The translations under genes and the position numbers were made by a program. This document shows positions 12,001 to 23,225 of a stretch of DNA of 64,000 bases, one piece after another (position 1 is the stretch's first letter; the number at the start of each line of letters is the position of its first letter). The notes under the pieces were generated by a model that saw only the letters and a program-made list of their open reading frames with translations, ran no database searches and had not been told where the DNA came from. The DNA lies in the NCBI GenBank assembly GCA_905178155.1, contig CAJINV010000013.1, forward strand, positions 2,848,158 through 2,912,157, given 5' to 3'. Source of the DNA: Amoebophrya sp. A120. Its lineage: Eukaryota; Protista; Dinoflagellata.

Positions 12001-15000
12001 CCTCGAAATATGAACTGCAAATATGTCTGGGTCTGGCAGAATGCAAACTTGTGGTGCGCATTTCAGAACACAGAAAAAGCTCTCATGCATAGGCTGCAAA
12101 AGTCGCCCACTTTCTGTCACCAAAGTCAGGGACTTGTCATGCGGATTCGGCATTGCGAACGCTTCTCGAAACCTGTGATGCTAGAGCTTCCATGCCAGAC
12201 CTTCTGCGTCATGCAAAAACAGCATGACTCTTCCAGACCCAGACATTTTTACATTTGATACGAAATTCGCCATCAGCTTCGACTCCTGCTTCAACTGCGT
12301 GTCTAAATCTCTCTTGTACAAGTCGTTCATTTATCAATTGCAAATATGTCTGGGTCTGGAAGGCGGCAACTTGTCATGGTAAATCTGAAGCATGCAAAAA
12401 TCTGTGTTGCATGAGAGCCAAAAGCTGTCCACTTTTGACCAAGTTGGAAGGGAGCTTCTCATGCAGGATAGGCATGGCAGAGACCTCGCAGAGTCTGTCA
12501 TGCTAAGTCCCGCATTCCAGACCTCATGGGTCATGGAAAATCTGCATGACAAGTTTACACTTTTCCAGACCCAGACATTTTTGCAATCCATATCATTTCG
12601 CTCAGGCGCGCGATCTCCTCCGACAGTTCCACAATCTGCACGTACAACTGCGCCACATCCCGGGGCTGGATCTGGTTCTGCTGCTGGCCGGGTAGTTGCT
12701 GCTGTCCAATCATGGGCTGCTGCTGCTCGCCACTCGACGACCCGCTGGCTTGCTTGCCGAGCAGCTTGGGCAAAATCTGGACGCCCTGGTTAAAGAGCTG
12801 CGAGTAGCCGGAGGGCGGCAGACCGGGGATCGAAGGCATCACCATGGCGGAAAGCTGGCTGGAGTGCGGCATCATGGCCGGCATCATCGGCGTCGGCATG
12901 GAAAACTGCGGCATCATCGGAGTCTGCATAACTGTTTTGATAAAGATTTTTGTGATTATAATTACTATACTGGTGGTAATGTAGTACAATGAGTCTCATC
13001 ACGACCCATGGTCGTGCTGTAGTAGAAGTAGTACTAACATTAAAAACACTGTAAGTAGTATACACGACATCCCCGGTCCCTGCATCGCGGCTGGTGTCAG
13101 CGCGGGGGTGAGCAGCTGCGGCATAATCACCGACTCCGCCGGCTCAGACGCGGCTGCGGCAGAGGTTTCCATGGCTTGCTTCTGCGCGTCTTTGGCGAGC
13201 TGTTTCAGGTTTAAGGTGGTTTTTGTGGAGGTACAACTGTCACTATCATGCAGACAAAAACTCGACCTCAGAAACTCCAGCAACCTGCTCACTGACGCGC
13301 CAGCGCAAACAGAGCGATAATAAATTTGTTGATCCACGACCTCAAGACTACTAATCGATGACAAGCGCATGTCCACCAGTTCTTGAAAATTCATCATATC
13401 CCATTTCCTGTACCTTTTCCTGCACTTCTTTCTCCTTTCTCGCCTCTTCCACCGCTTTCCTCGCCGACGCCAACCTGGTTTCGTCCTCCGTCATCTTGCC
13501 GCTGAGCGCCCGCGCCTTCCGCTCCGCCTCCTGCTTCGCCTTCTCCGCGTCGGACAGGCTTTTCTGGTCCTCTTCGCGCTTTTTCTGCTCCGACGCGAGC
13601 AGTTTCTCCTGCTCCTGCAGCTTTTTCTCCGTGTCCTCCAGCTTTTTCTTCTGTTCCTCCGCCTGCGCCCGCCGCAGACTGGCGGCCGCGCCCAGCAGCT
13701 TGCCGCCCGCGGCGGAGATCTTTTTCTTCCCGTCGGTCGTCGGCGTTTGCGCCTTCATATGGTCCGTCGTCGGCGACGTCTGCGTGCCAATCTGCTCGCG
13801 AACTTGCACGCCCTGCTGCATCTGCTGCTGGAACATGGCCAGTTGGTCTTGCTGCTGCTTCTGGATCGCGGCCAGCTGCTTCTGCAGTGCGGAGTCCTGT
13901 TCCGCCGTTTGTGGCCCCCCGGTCTTGTTGTTCCCCTTCATCATCCCCGCGAGGCCGCTCGCCATTTTCAGCATGGACGCCCCCGAAGATGCGGCACTGG
14001 TCTGCGGCACCGCGACCCCCGCACTCTGGGCAATTTGCTTCAGCTCCAAATTCTCCTTTTCGAGCAGCAGACACCGCTCTTTCAGCTGCGCCTGCTCCGT
14101 CACCTTGGACACCACGTCGTCCATTTTCCGGTCGACGTGCTGACTCAGCATGTCGCTCACCTGCTTGTCCTTCCGGGCAAGCTGGGACTCGAGTGCGTCC
14201 ACCTTTTTCCGCAATTCGCGGCTGTTGTCCGTCTCGGGCAGGTGCAGACTGCCCCGCCGCTATCCAGTGCAAAGGAATCGCACTTGTAGTTGTAATCGCA
14301 GTCTCATGCATGACAGACCTATGGTTTATTTGGGGCAAATCAACAGCGTTCTTTCTCTTGGTAAAATGAATTTGTATTGTAATTATACCCAAGCACGATA
14401 TACTTTTGCAATGCATAGACGCATGGTTTCCGCAATCTGCTCCAGCTGCAGCATCTGGTCCGGCTCCATACCGTTGAACAAAATGGATTTCTTGTGCTGT
14501 GTAAACACGTCCCCCCCCCAGACTTATTTTAATCAAAAGCATCTATCATGCCTAAAAATGTTTCTCATGTTGCGCATCCCCCACTACATGAGAGCCATTT
14601 TCTATCTAATGGAAATTTTGTGATGCTGGAGTCAGGACGTGGTAGCTGATTTTTGATGCTAAAACAACCGCGCCGAAGACAACTGTGCCAACCACGGAAG
14701 CAAGCCTCCGCAGGCAATAGTTGATTGGTGATGCGCCTGCACAACAACAAACTACCTCAAACAGCAAGGTGCTACATTACAAGCGATGTCCAAGCTTGTC
14801 ATGCGAAACAGAATCAACAAAGTCGCCATCTTGACTCTGCTAGGGTGGAGACGTGGTCGTCGTGTAGTTTTCTCCGGATACTTCTCACTCGCCAGCCCGG
14901 CCAGGGACCGGAGCTTCTATCCAAAAGAAAACTGTGTTAGTGTAACTTTCTTCGGCTGGCAGCATCACAAATTTGCTCTACATGACAGAGAAAACCTGTC

Positions 15001-18000
15001 ATGCGCGGCTTGTAAGAGAAAACACACATGAAAAGAGGACTTTATGGTTGTCTGGCAAGACAGCTGCAACTCTGTTGCATGTTCTGCATTACAGAGTTAC
15101 AATTACACAGTTTTTTCTTGCATAGCTTCATCTTCAACTGCAGTCGCTCGTCCTCCAGATCCAAAATCTCCTTTTCCAGCTATCAAAAGGAAAAATCCCC
15201 CCTCCCCATATCGAAATGGAAATCTGTGATGCGCGATTTGTGTACGCAAGTCGGCCTTGTGTTGCAGTAGAAGACTGCAGGCAGATGCAAAGCCGATGTA
15301 GGGGCGCTTTGGTGTAGGGACCTAGCAAGGCAGGCATATCCTCCGTTGTAGGCCATACAGCATTACAAATTGCCTGCAGAACGCGGCGGGGTTTTTGGAT
15401 TTGCTTTCTTGCAATACAGAGACGATTTGTGGTCTCAAATCAGCATCACAAATTTTCAGAAGTGTCCCGTTTTGGTCTGGGGAGGGGGGATTTTTCCTCG
15501 CAATACCAGCTGCTTCTGCATGGACACCGCCTTGCTCGCGGACACCTTTTCTTTCAACTTCACCTCCGACAGGTCGAGCAATTGGTCGCTGGGGATGTTG
15601 GACCACTGGCGCAACAGCGTGTTTTCGTACATGATATTACTCGCTTCGTTCAGATACGTGGACAGTTCCTGTTTTGTCTCCGACAGCTCCTGCTTCAGCT
15701 TCGTGTTTTGCAGCCGCATCTCGGTCATCTTCTTGTCCCAGTCAATATCCCGGAAAACAAAAAAGCAGGCAGGGCATATTGATATTTGTATAATGCAAAA
15801 ATATCAAGTTCAGCAGCAAAATCTGCTATGGGCGACCCCAACATAGCATGGCGTTTAGGACAACATGCAACGAAGATTTGAATTTGATTAGATTTTGTCT
15901 ATTTGCGTTTGCATGACATCAAATATGACATGCCTGTCTTTTTCTGAGGGATAGTCGAAAGCCTTGCCGGGCTCGTCGCCAGATAGGTGGTGGAGAAACT
16001 CTATCCTGAATAAAAACGTCCCGCCCACACCAGACTCATCAAGATGGGAGATCAGCTAGACAAATCAACCAGCTTTGGTTGTTTCGCATGCCAAGTTTGT
16101 CCTCGTAGTGTGGCCCTGTTTAGCTAGTTCAGCGGCATCACAGGTCTAGCATATCATGCTGGCTCTAGCATCAGAAATTGCAAAACACGAGGACTACTAG
16201 AAAATGCTTCTCATGGGCGGGCTCCGCATGAGCAACTCTTTTCGCATGCAGATTTGCATGGGGGCGTTTTTACTCAGAATAAACTCGGACTTCTGCTTTT
16301 CCAATTCGTGCAGCTTCTCATCCTTGTGCTGCAGCTCGGAACGGAGTTCCGCGATCATGGTCTCGAATTGCTGTTTCTCTTCCGATATGCATTGCAAATC
16401 TCGATCTCAGTCTAGAAGGTTGCGACTTCCTTGTGATCAACATGCTTTGTTTTTCGATAATTCTTTCTAAAAAAATCTCTTTTGTGTGACAGGCAAGAAG
16501 AGGAGTCTACTTTGTGCTACGCGGGAAGGGCGTTTCTCACGCGAGAGTAAAGGCATCAAGTACAACTGGCCCTCAAAAAATTATCTGTGATGCTAGGTAT
16601 ACAACATCACAGGCAACATCATGGACTGAGACTATGCATAAAGTGCATGACAAAGAACTTTGCGCGTTTCCAGACCACGACATATTTCCTTTGCGTATCC
16701 TGCTGAAATGGGTGGTTCTTTTCGTAGTGCTTAAACTGTTCGATTTTTTCGCCCAGCGAAGTCTCCAGCTTGTCGATATGGATTGTAAAAATGTCTGGGT
16801 CTGGAAGGTTGGAACTTGTAATGCTAGCTTTCCACACCTAGAAAATCTGTATTGCATAACCAACAAAAGTCGCAGCCTCTTTTGTCATGCAAAAACACAG
16901 TTTCTCATGCGGATTGCCTATGAGAAAGCGTTTTGAGAACTTGTCATGCCGGACTGCATTAGGAAGTGTTTTCATCATGCACATTGTAGCATCACAAGTT
17001 TCCACCCCCAGACATTTTTGCATTTCATACTCGATGCGATCGTACAAGTGCTCGATCTCCATATCCCGGTCGTGCACCATCGTCATCTATCAAATGTAAA
17101 AATGTCTGGGTCTGGAAGAATGCGAGATTTGTCATGCTGATCTGGCATGGCCCTTAAATCTGTATTGCGTGGCCACAAACAGCCTCTCTCGCCTGTCATG
17201 CAAAAACGCAGTTTCTCATGCGGAATACGCAGCACAGAAGCACGAAGCAACTTGTCATGCTTGGCGGCGCATTACATACAGTGCATTTGTTATTGACTGA
17301 CTTGCATCACAAGTTTCCAGACCCAGACATTTTTGCATTTCATATCATCAAGTCCTCTAGTGAACCCGAGTTGCTGCTCAAACCCGCGATTTTTCGCACC
17401 TCGTTGATCTCGTGCTCCAGGGAGGAGACTTTCGCAGCAAGGACCTGCGTATGCATTGCAAATATGTCAGTCTGGGTCTGAAAAACTGTTTATTCAAATT
17501 TCAGGCAACACAAGACAAATCTGTCACGCATGAACAGCAAATGCGGCTCAAAACTTGGCACCAAACGGTTAGGGGGGTGTCATGCGGATTAGGCATTGAG
17601 AAACTTTCTCAAGACGTTTGATGCTAGGACTTGCATGCCAGACTGACCTCCTGGGTCACGCAAGAGCAGCATGACAAGCATCTACACGCATCCAGACCCA
17701 GATGACTACATATTTGATGCATTTGTATTTGATACTGCGCCTCCTTCTCTTTCGCGGTCAGTTCCTCCTCCTTCTTCGTCATTACATCGTGCACGTGGTG
17801 ATCATACTCCGCCTCGAAACGGTGCGCCGCCTCTAATTGCACCGTTTTTTCCTCCAGTGTCGCTTTCAGGTTATCAGAGTGAAAAACTTCCCCTCCCCAT
17901 AGCAACACGGAAATCTGTGATGCGGGATCTGTGTACACAAATCCAATCTGTCTAGCAGTAGGGGACTGCAGGCAAATGCAGTGCCTGAGTAGGGGCGATT

Positions 18001-20567
18001 TGCTGTAGACGCGCCTAGCAAGGCAGGCACGTCCTCTGTAGGCGATACAGCATTACAAGGCGCCTGCGAAACGCGGCTGAGTTTCTGGCTTTGCCCTCTT
18101 GCAATACAGGGACGATTTGTGGCCACAAATCAGCATCAGAAATTTTCAGTGGTGCCCCTTTTTGGTATGGGGAGGGGGGATTTTTCCTCACAATACAGGT
18201 AGTGGTTCTCGCGCTCGAACTCTTCCACGTCCTTTTATGCAAGAAAAAAACTGTGTAAGTGTAACTCTGTAATGTAGAACATGCAACAGAGTTACGCCTG
18301 TCATGCCAGACAGCCATGAAGTCCTCTTTTCAAGTGTGTTTTCCCTTACAATCCACGCATGACAGGTTTTCTCTGTCATGTAGAGCAAATTTGTGATGGT
18401 GTCAACCAAAGAAGGTTACACTAACACAGTTTTTTTCTTGGATACCTTTTCGCTCTGGTGCAATGTCTGTCCTGAGAAAAAACGTCCCCACGCCGGGCAG
18501 TAAAGATGAACAAAATGGAAAATTTTCCAGATGGAGAAGCTTCGGGTGGACAAGTGACAAAAGTTGTTTCTCTCTGTACAGCCAGTAGAAGTGTAGTGCA
18601 GTTTAGCAAGGAGGACAGCCGCATGCATCTTCACGAAGCCATTTACTTTCCCTTATCCTCCCGTTTACTAAGCACTACAAATGATAGAACAAGTTTTATA
18701 CCTGAAATACGAATGCTTCCCAATCTCCAACTTCATCCCGAGGAGGGGACGCGCGTTACTTTATACAAATGCGTGGGTAGTACTATGCGACTTGTTTGCA
18801 TGACAAGTCCTGGGTGCGGACGTTTTTTCAGCAGGATAACTTCGCCTCCAATTCGTCAAGGTGGTCATGCAACTCGTCGATTTCCTTCTGCTTATGGATT
18901 GCAAAATGTATGATTTGTATCGCACTAGTGTATTAAAACACGCATCGCAACATGACAGCACATTTCTGCAAGATGAAAAACGGGCCTATTTTCATGCAAA
19001 ATCAATATCTATGTGATCGGGATCGGTACGACTACGAGCGCGATAAAACTAAAACTGTACTTTTATGCCATGGATACTGCTTGCTGTCGGAAGACTTCAG
19101 AAGATCGATCTGCCGCTTCAAATCGGAGTTGTCTTTATCCAACTTGGCGTTCATGTCTTCGAGATCCGATAGGTGCTTCAGCATATGGATTGCAAAAATG
19201 TGTGGGTCTGGAAGAATGCAACTTGTGATGCTACTTTTGGAATCCTGTATTGCATGAGCAGCAAGAGGCGTCCGGTTTTTGCTCCGCGGAGAGAGGATTT
19301 CTCATGCGGGATAGGCATCAAGATGCCCGCAAAAAATTTGTGATGCTGGGGCATACATCACAGACATCACGGGTCATGCAAAATGTGCATGACAAACATA
19401 GCAATCTTCCAGACCCAGACAATTTTGCATTTGATACAGCAGTTCCGTTTGCGATTTGATCGACTTTTGGAACGTCGAGTCCTGCTGCTGGTTTTGGCTG
19501 TTCATGTTCTGCTATGACACGGGGCAAGAACCTCTTCTCGCGGCCCTCGTCCCTTACAGATATTTTCTTTGTGTAAAAATAATGTGCATTCATCAACAAA
19601 TTATATTAAACACGAAGAATAAATCGATTTGATGTCTTCGTGCAGCCTGGTGGCACTGTTCTTGGCCAATGGATAGTTGCGTCCTCGAAATATTAGCTCA
19701 ACTAGAACCACTTACTACAGTCCGTCTGTGGACGACGAGTTCTCGCCATGCAGAAGCTACATCGTGCGTGCTGTTGTAGTTATTTCCAGTGCTGCTTAAT
19801 AAATATGCCACACGGAAAAATTGCACGGGGAACAAAGGGGAAGAAGCTCTCGCAGAGTTGTGCATTCTTCTGATAGCTGATTCTGCTCCTGCAGCATATT
19901 TCGCTCCTGGCGGGTCTTCATCAGCTCTTCGTCTAGCATCTGCCGCGAATGTCTCTCCCGGTCCAGCAGCATCTGCAGTTCACGCATTTTCTGCCCCTGC
20001 TCCTGGTCTTGCAGATCCCGGTCCCGCATGGCCTGGCGAGCCATATCCAGTTCCTGGGAGGCAGCGCCGAAGTTTCTAAATTGATTTTTTTCGTATTTTT
20101 TTACTAACGCCGAAATTTTTGCACAATTGCGTTTTCATCTTACACAAAATCGAAGCACTTTGCGAAATTGTCTCGGTAGCAAAGCAGTAGATGAGAGACG
20201 CTTCGAGTAGAAAACAAATCTACTGGCATGGAGAAAGTAAGTACTTATACCTCAACTGCGACTGCGTCTCCAACAACTGCACGTCCTGTTGGTTCTTCTG
20301 TTGCTGCAGCATCTGAAATTGCTGGCTCAGTTGCTGCAACTGCATCTCCTTCTGTTGCATCATCTGCTGCAGCTGGTTCGGGTCCTGGGGCCCGCCCAGC
20401 CCCCCGCCGGAAACTCCCCCCATTCCGCCGGGCTGCGGTCCTCCCAGCGGTTGCTGCATGCCGGGCTGCGCGGCGCCGGCGGGTCCCATTCCGAACCCGC
20501 CCGGATTGCCGTACGGGTTGTTCGGAGGAGGTCCACCGCCGGGTGGCGGATTGTTGTAGGGATTCAT
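1..20567 (-). CDS. CEP290: CEP290-like giant coiled-coil transition-zone protein; 3' end runs off the window; 26 introner introns plus GT-AG introns (8019-8133, ~10017-10290, ~12930-13063, 13200-13413, 20076-20250)
   Basis: Hand splicing gives one continuous frame from ATG 20567. Segments 'YENTLLRQWSNIPSDQLLDLSEVKLKEKV...KQLEKEILDLEDERLQLKMKLR', 'RTAILEENESKMARKYQAL' and 'LQASDDLELNVGKTQYKLLLAQW' resemble conserved CEP290 blocks (from memory, not a database search). Confidence 0.75.
428..734. mobile_element. Introner, family 2 (TIR TATCAAAAGGAAAAATCCCCCC)
   Basis: TIRs; TSD GGTGA/GGCGA; removal gives FHTRLAELSAVN. Confidence 0.9.
2213..2484. mobile_element. Introner, family 1 (TIR TAT..AAAA.GTCTGGGTC)
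   Basis: TSD CGCGT/CGCGT; removal gives NANASLSEK. Confidence 0.92.
2544..2805. mobile_element. Introner, family 1
   Basis: TSD GGAGG/GGAGG; removal gives TKASTEWQ. Confidence 0.92.
2858..3162. mobile_element. Introner, family 3 (TIR TATTACAGTGAAAAATACCCCC)
   Basis: TSD GCAAC/GCAAC; removal gives EVELLAKK. Confidence 0.92.
4112..4322. mobile_element. Introner, family 5-related (TIR TATCGCAAGAAAAAAGTG.TACAGTTACAC)
   Basis: TSD TCCTT/TCCTT; removal gives ELIKELRLK. Confidence 0.92.
6849..7107. mobile_element. Introner, family 1
   Basis: TSD TGCGG/TGCGG; removal gives QICRKQLK. Confidence 0.92.
11111..11402. mobile_element. Introner, family 4 (TIR TATCCTGAGTAAAAACGTCCCCAC)
   Basis: TSD TCGCT/TCGCC; removal gives YKATKQIL. 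Confidence 0.9.
11552..11862. mobile_element. Introner, family 3
   Basis: TSD AGGAG/AGGAG; similar to 2858-3162; frame restored. Confidence 0.92.
12009..12260. mobile_element. Introner, family 1
   Basis: TSD CGAAA/CGAAA; removal gives LMANFEAVY. Confidence 0.92.
12332..12592. mobile_element. Introner, family 1
   Basis: TSD TCATT/TCATT; removal gives LSEMNDLYK. Confidence 0.92.
14261..14417. mobile_element. Introner, family 6 (TIR TATCCAGTGCAAA..ATCGCAC)
   Basis: TSD GCCGC/GACGC; removal gives ETMRRGSL. Confidence 0.85.
14493..14880. mobile_element. Degenerate introner, family 4
   Basis: Ends TGT...ATA; TSD TTTCT/CTTCT; removal gives LASEKSILF. Confidence 0.75.
14918..15124. mobile_element. 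Introner, family 5
   Basis: TSD GCTTC/GCTTC; removal gives LKMKLR. Confidence 0.92.
15181..15505. mobile_element. Introner, family 2
   Basis: TSD CCAGC/CCAGC; removal gives KQLEKEI. Confidence 0.92.
15746..15953. mobile_element. Introner, family 7 (TIR TATCCC..AAAAAAGC..GCAGGGCAT)
   Basis: TSD GTCAA/GTCGA; removal gives KAFDWDKK. Confidence 0.85.
16002..16281. mobile_element. Introner, family 4
   Basis: TSD AACTC/AACTC; removal gives KSEFLHHL. Confidence 0.9.
16386..16697. mobile_element. Degenerate introner, family 1
   Basis: Ends TAT...GTA; TSD TCCGA/TCCTG; removal gives FQQEEKQQ. Confidence 0.75.
16777..17029. mobile_element. Introner, family 1
   Basis: TSD GTCGA/CTCGA; removal gives YDRI(E/D)KLE. 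Confidence 0.9.
17088..17344. mobile_element. Introner, family 1
   Basis: TSD TCATC/TCATC; removal gives EDLMTMVH. Confidence 0.92.
17450..17734. mobile_element. Introner, family 1 (diverged)
   Basis: TSD CTGCG/CTGCG; removal gives KEAQVLAA. Confidence 0.9.
17872..18195. mobile_element. Introner, family 2
   Basis: TSD CAGGT/CAGGT; removal gives ENHYLKAT. Confidence 0.92.
18236..18444. mobile_element. Introner, family 5 (inverted relative to 14918-15124)
   Basis: TSD CCTTT/CCTTT; removal gives QSEKDVEE. Confidence 0.92.
18468..18838. mobile_element. Degenerate introner, family 4
   Basis: Ends TGT...ATA; TSD ATGTC/ACTTC; removal gives LEAKLHQS. Confidence 0.75.
18893..19076. mobile_element. 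Degenerate introner, family 1-like
   Basis: TSD CTGCT/CTGCT; removal gives DSKQKEID. Confidence 0.85.
19184..19436. mobile_element. Introner, family 1
   Basis: TSD CAGCA/CAGCA; removal gives TELLKHLS. Confidence 0.92.
19513..19875. mobile_element. Highly degenerate introner, family 8-like
   Basis: Ends TAT...ATA, resembling 49950-50174; TSD TCTGC/GCTGA; frame restored. Confidence 0.65.
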
Positions 20568-21770
20568 CGCCCAGCAAAATAAAGCTGCTGCGATTTATAT
20601 TATGCTTGCGAGCTCCTGTCACGAAACGCAGGAGGTGAAAAAGTGGATGAACTCGCTTTCACGACGACTCGAAGGCGTCAGCACCAGTCGAGGAGGACCT
20701 CGACAAGCAGGACCTCGACAAGCAGGACCTCGACCGCGCCGCGACGCCAGCGGAGGTCTCGGGCCGACATATTAGTATGTATTTGTTCAACAAGAACTTC
20801 TTCAACAATCGACATGAGTTCTCTTTTTTTGTGCTTCATTACGTCGATGAAATCAAAGCACCTAGAAGAAGAAGTGTAGTGTCAGTTTCAGCCTCGTATA
20901 CTTAATTTTCGTTCCTCTTCGTCCACAACATGGAGCCTTTTCCCTTCCTCCACGACATGGAGTTTGAGCTCGTCGCCCGGAACTGTAGTCTCTCCCTCGC
21001 CCCTCTAGCGGTAGTGAAGAGCTGCAGTTTTTGAACAAGCAAGCAAGTGGCTGACCAAATTTTTGAAGCGAAATTCACCTAGTTTGCGCAGTATTTTTTG
21101 AAAACACACCACTCCGGCTCCACCTCGATACAATTGATTCACATTTGCGCAGATTTTCGTGGTCCAAATGAACAAAAGAAGACTCGTTTTCCGCTGTTTT
21201 TACTTTTATGCCGCTCGTCCGCCATATGCAACTGAACAGAGGTAGAAGTGCTATCAAACCGAAGGAAAAAAATTTTTACAGCTCGGTGCGATATTCAGAT
21301 TTGCACTTTTCAGATGAATGTAGGTATGCGTAAACTTATTATATGAAAACAAATTCTTCTGAGGCGAGTGCCACGATCGCTGCTGGATGGCATCCGCATC
21401 AGCTTAAGATTGATAAAAAAAGAACAACAATAACCATGTGAACATCGGAGTAAGTAGTAATGTAGATGTATGTAAGAACTGAAAATATTAAGTAAGTAAT
21501 AGTAGATTTATGTACGGCGGCTGTTCTTCCCGAGTAGCGCTAGAACGTGAGTAGAAGGCAAAACCTTCACCCGGAAATTCACGTTTCCACGCGTACAATC
21601 AAGCAAACAAACATGCCAACAAGAAAAAAAAACGAGTGCCAAAACCATTACAACCAGGCCTAGCATTTATAATCTTCTTAGCACCAGTTTCATCCTAGGC
21701 AATCGCGTCAAAAATGCCGTGCATCAAGCATCTTCCTGCGCCCGTGCTTTGCTTCCTCCTTCACTGCTCC

Positions 21771-23225
21771 TCACAACCGATTTGCCCGTCCTTCGCGAAG
21801 ATGCTTGTCTCCGCCGCGCGCCGCCATCTTTTGGCCCCCCGACGACCGCCCGGAAGCAAGCCGAGAGCCGCGAGAGGCTTTTGTGTGGGCGTAGTAATTC
21901 TCGTCCCAGTTGTCCTGCTCGGGCCAGAAGGAATCTTCGTCGCCCCAGTCGTCGTGTTTGCAAATTGTGGCCGCGTGCTCTGCGAACCTATCGTAGTGGT
22001 CCCCCCGTGCGTGGCGTTCCGACTGTGGTTTTGCCATTGCATGATCTTCCCGAGGAAAGCTCGAGAACTTGCTCGACTTCTTGCTTTTTTTCTTCCGCCC
22101 ACTTGTTCCCTGGCCCAGCGCAGCCGGCCCGACCATCTCGCCCGGCCAATCGTCTTCTCCCGCCTCTTCCTCCCAGAAGGCCTCCCCCTCCGCGCGCGAA
22201 ACAGCCGCTTCTTCGTGGTCCGCCTCTCCTTGCAGAGCAGGTCCACTCACGGAGACGTTGTAGAAAGCCCCACTACTTCTTTGTCCGCTTCTTCGCCCAG
22301 AAAGCTCCGCCTCCTCCGGCAAAGGCAGAGCCGGCTCTCGCATACCCCGCATCTCTTCTTCGAGTGCCCTGCGGCTAATCACGAACTTTTTTGAAGATGC
22401 GGCGCCACCAGGGGACGACTTCCAGCTTTCCGCCAAACCGGGCACCGGCACGACGTTGGCTGCCGATGGAGGTCTCGAGAGGTCGATGGTGACCACCTGG
22501 CTCGGCCTTGCCGCCGCGCCGATGTAGGTTTCTGGCCGGTGGTACATCATCACGGTGCGCACCCCGAAAGCGACACCGGCGAGGACACAGAACCCCCCGA
22601 TGCAGGCGGCAACGATGATCAGAATCGTCGTCCCGTCGTCGGAGCTGTCCCCCTCGTCAGTGCTAGTCACGATCGGGGCAGGCGAAGGTGGAGGCGAAGT
22701 TGTAGGCGAAAGTGGAGGCGAAGTTGTCGGAGCAGTTCTCATCTTATACTCAACCCGCCAGCCGATATCCGTAATATTTGGGTCACTATACCATACCAGG
22801 TGCGGAGAGGTGCCAAACAGAGGAAGGACGTAACCTGCGTTGGCAGAAGTGCCAAGGTCCTGTCCTACAACTCCATCACGCACATGGTGCAACGTGTCCA
22901 TCCCTCGCTCAACCTCCATTAGCCCCACGGTCAGACCAAAGGACTCGCCACTACCAGTTACATCCGCGAAAAAAATACTAGCTTCTTCGTAGTCCCTGTA
23001 GTTGAGGCGCTCCACGATCCAACGCCAGCCTTTTTTATAAGGGGGGCAGTTTCCGCAGCGCGGGGGTCTGCGGGGGTCCTTTTTGATTCGCGTTTTGCAT
23101 TCGAGAACTTTTTTGCAGAACTTGCAGCCAATCACGACGGTATTCTTGATTCTGTCAGTTTTTAGCTCATAGCAGCATGCGGATTGAACGCAGACCCGAT
23201 GGTATGACGACGTCACTGCTGGCAC
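21771..23225 (-). CDS. Single-pass membrane protein with CUB-like ectodomain and Ser/Pro/Thr stalk; start uncertain
   Basis: 484-aa ORF; 'LVWYSDPNITDIGWRVEY' resembles a CUB C-terminal motif; hydrophobic TM 'ILIIVAACIGGFCVLAGVAFGV'. Confidence 0.55.
   Translation of the reverse strand: MPAVTSSYHRVCVQSACCYELKTDRIKNTVVIGCKFCKKVLECKTRIKKDPRRPPRCGNCPPYKKGWRWIVERLNYRDYEEASIFFADVTGSGESFGLTVGLMEVERGMDTLHHVRDGVVGQDLGTSANAGYVLPLFGTSPHLVWYSDPNITDIGWRVEYKMRTAPTTSPPLSPTTSPPPSPAPIVTSTDEGDSSDDGTTILIIVAACIGGFCVLAGVAFGVRTVMMYHRPETYIGAAARPSQVVTIDLSRPPSAANVVPVPGLAESWKSSPGGAASSKKFVISRRALEEEMRGMREPALPLPEEAELSGRRSGQRSSGAFYNVSVSGPALQGEADHEEAAVSRAEGEAFWEEEAGEDDWPGEMVGPAALGQGTSGRKKKSKKSSKFSSFPREDHAMAKPQSERHARGDHYDRFAEHAATICKHDDWGDEDSFWPEQDNWDENYYAHTKASRGSRLASGRSSGGQKMAARGGDKHLREGRANRL

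Noticed and set aside
609-20638. Many plus-strand ORFs rich in F/S/C/L
   Set aside because: Antisense shadows of the coiled-coil gene or translations of introner sequence.
20694-20733. GGACCTCGACAAGCA short tandem repeat upstream of the CEP290-like ATG
   Set aside because: Fewer than three units; ordinary slippage.
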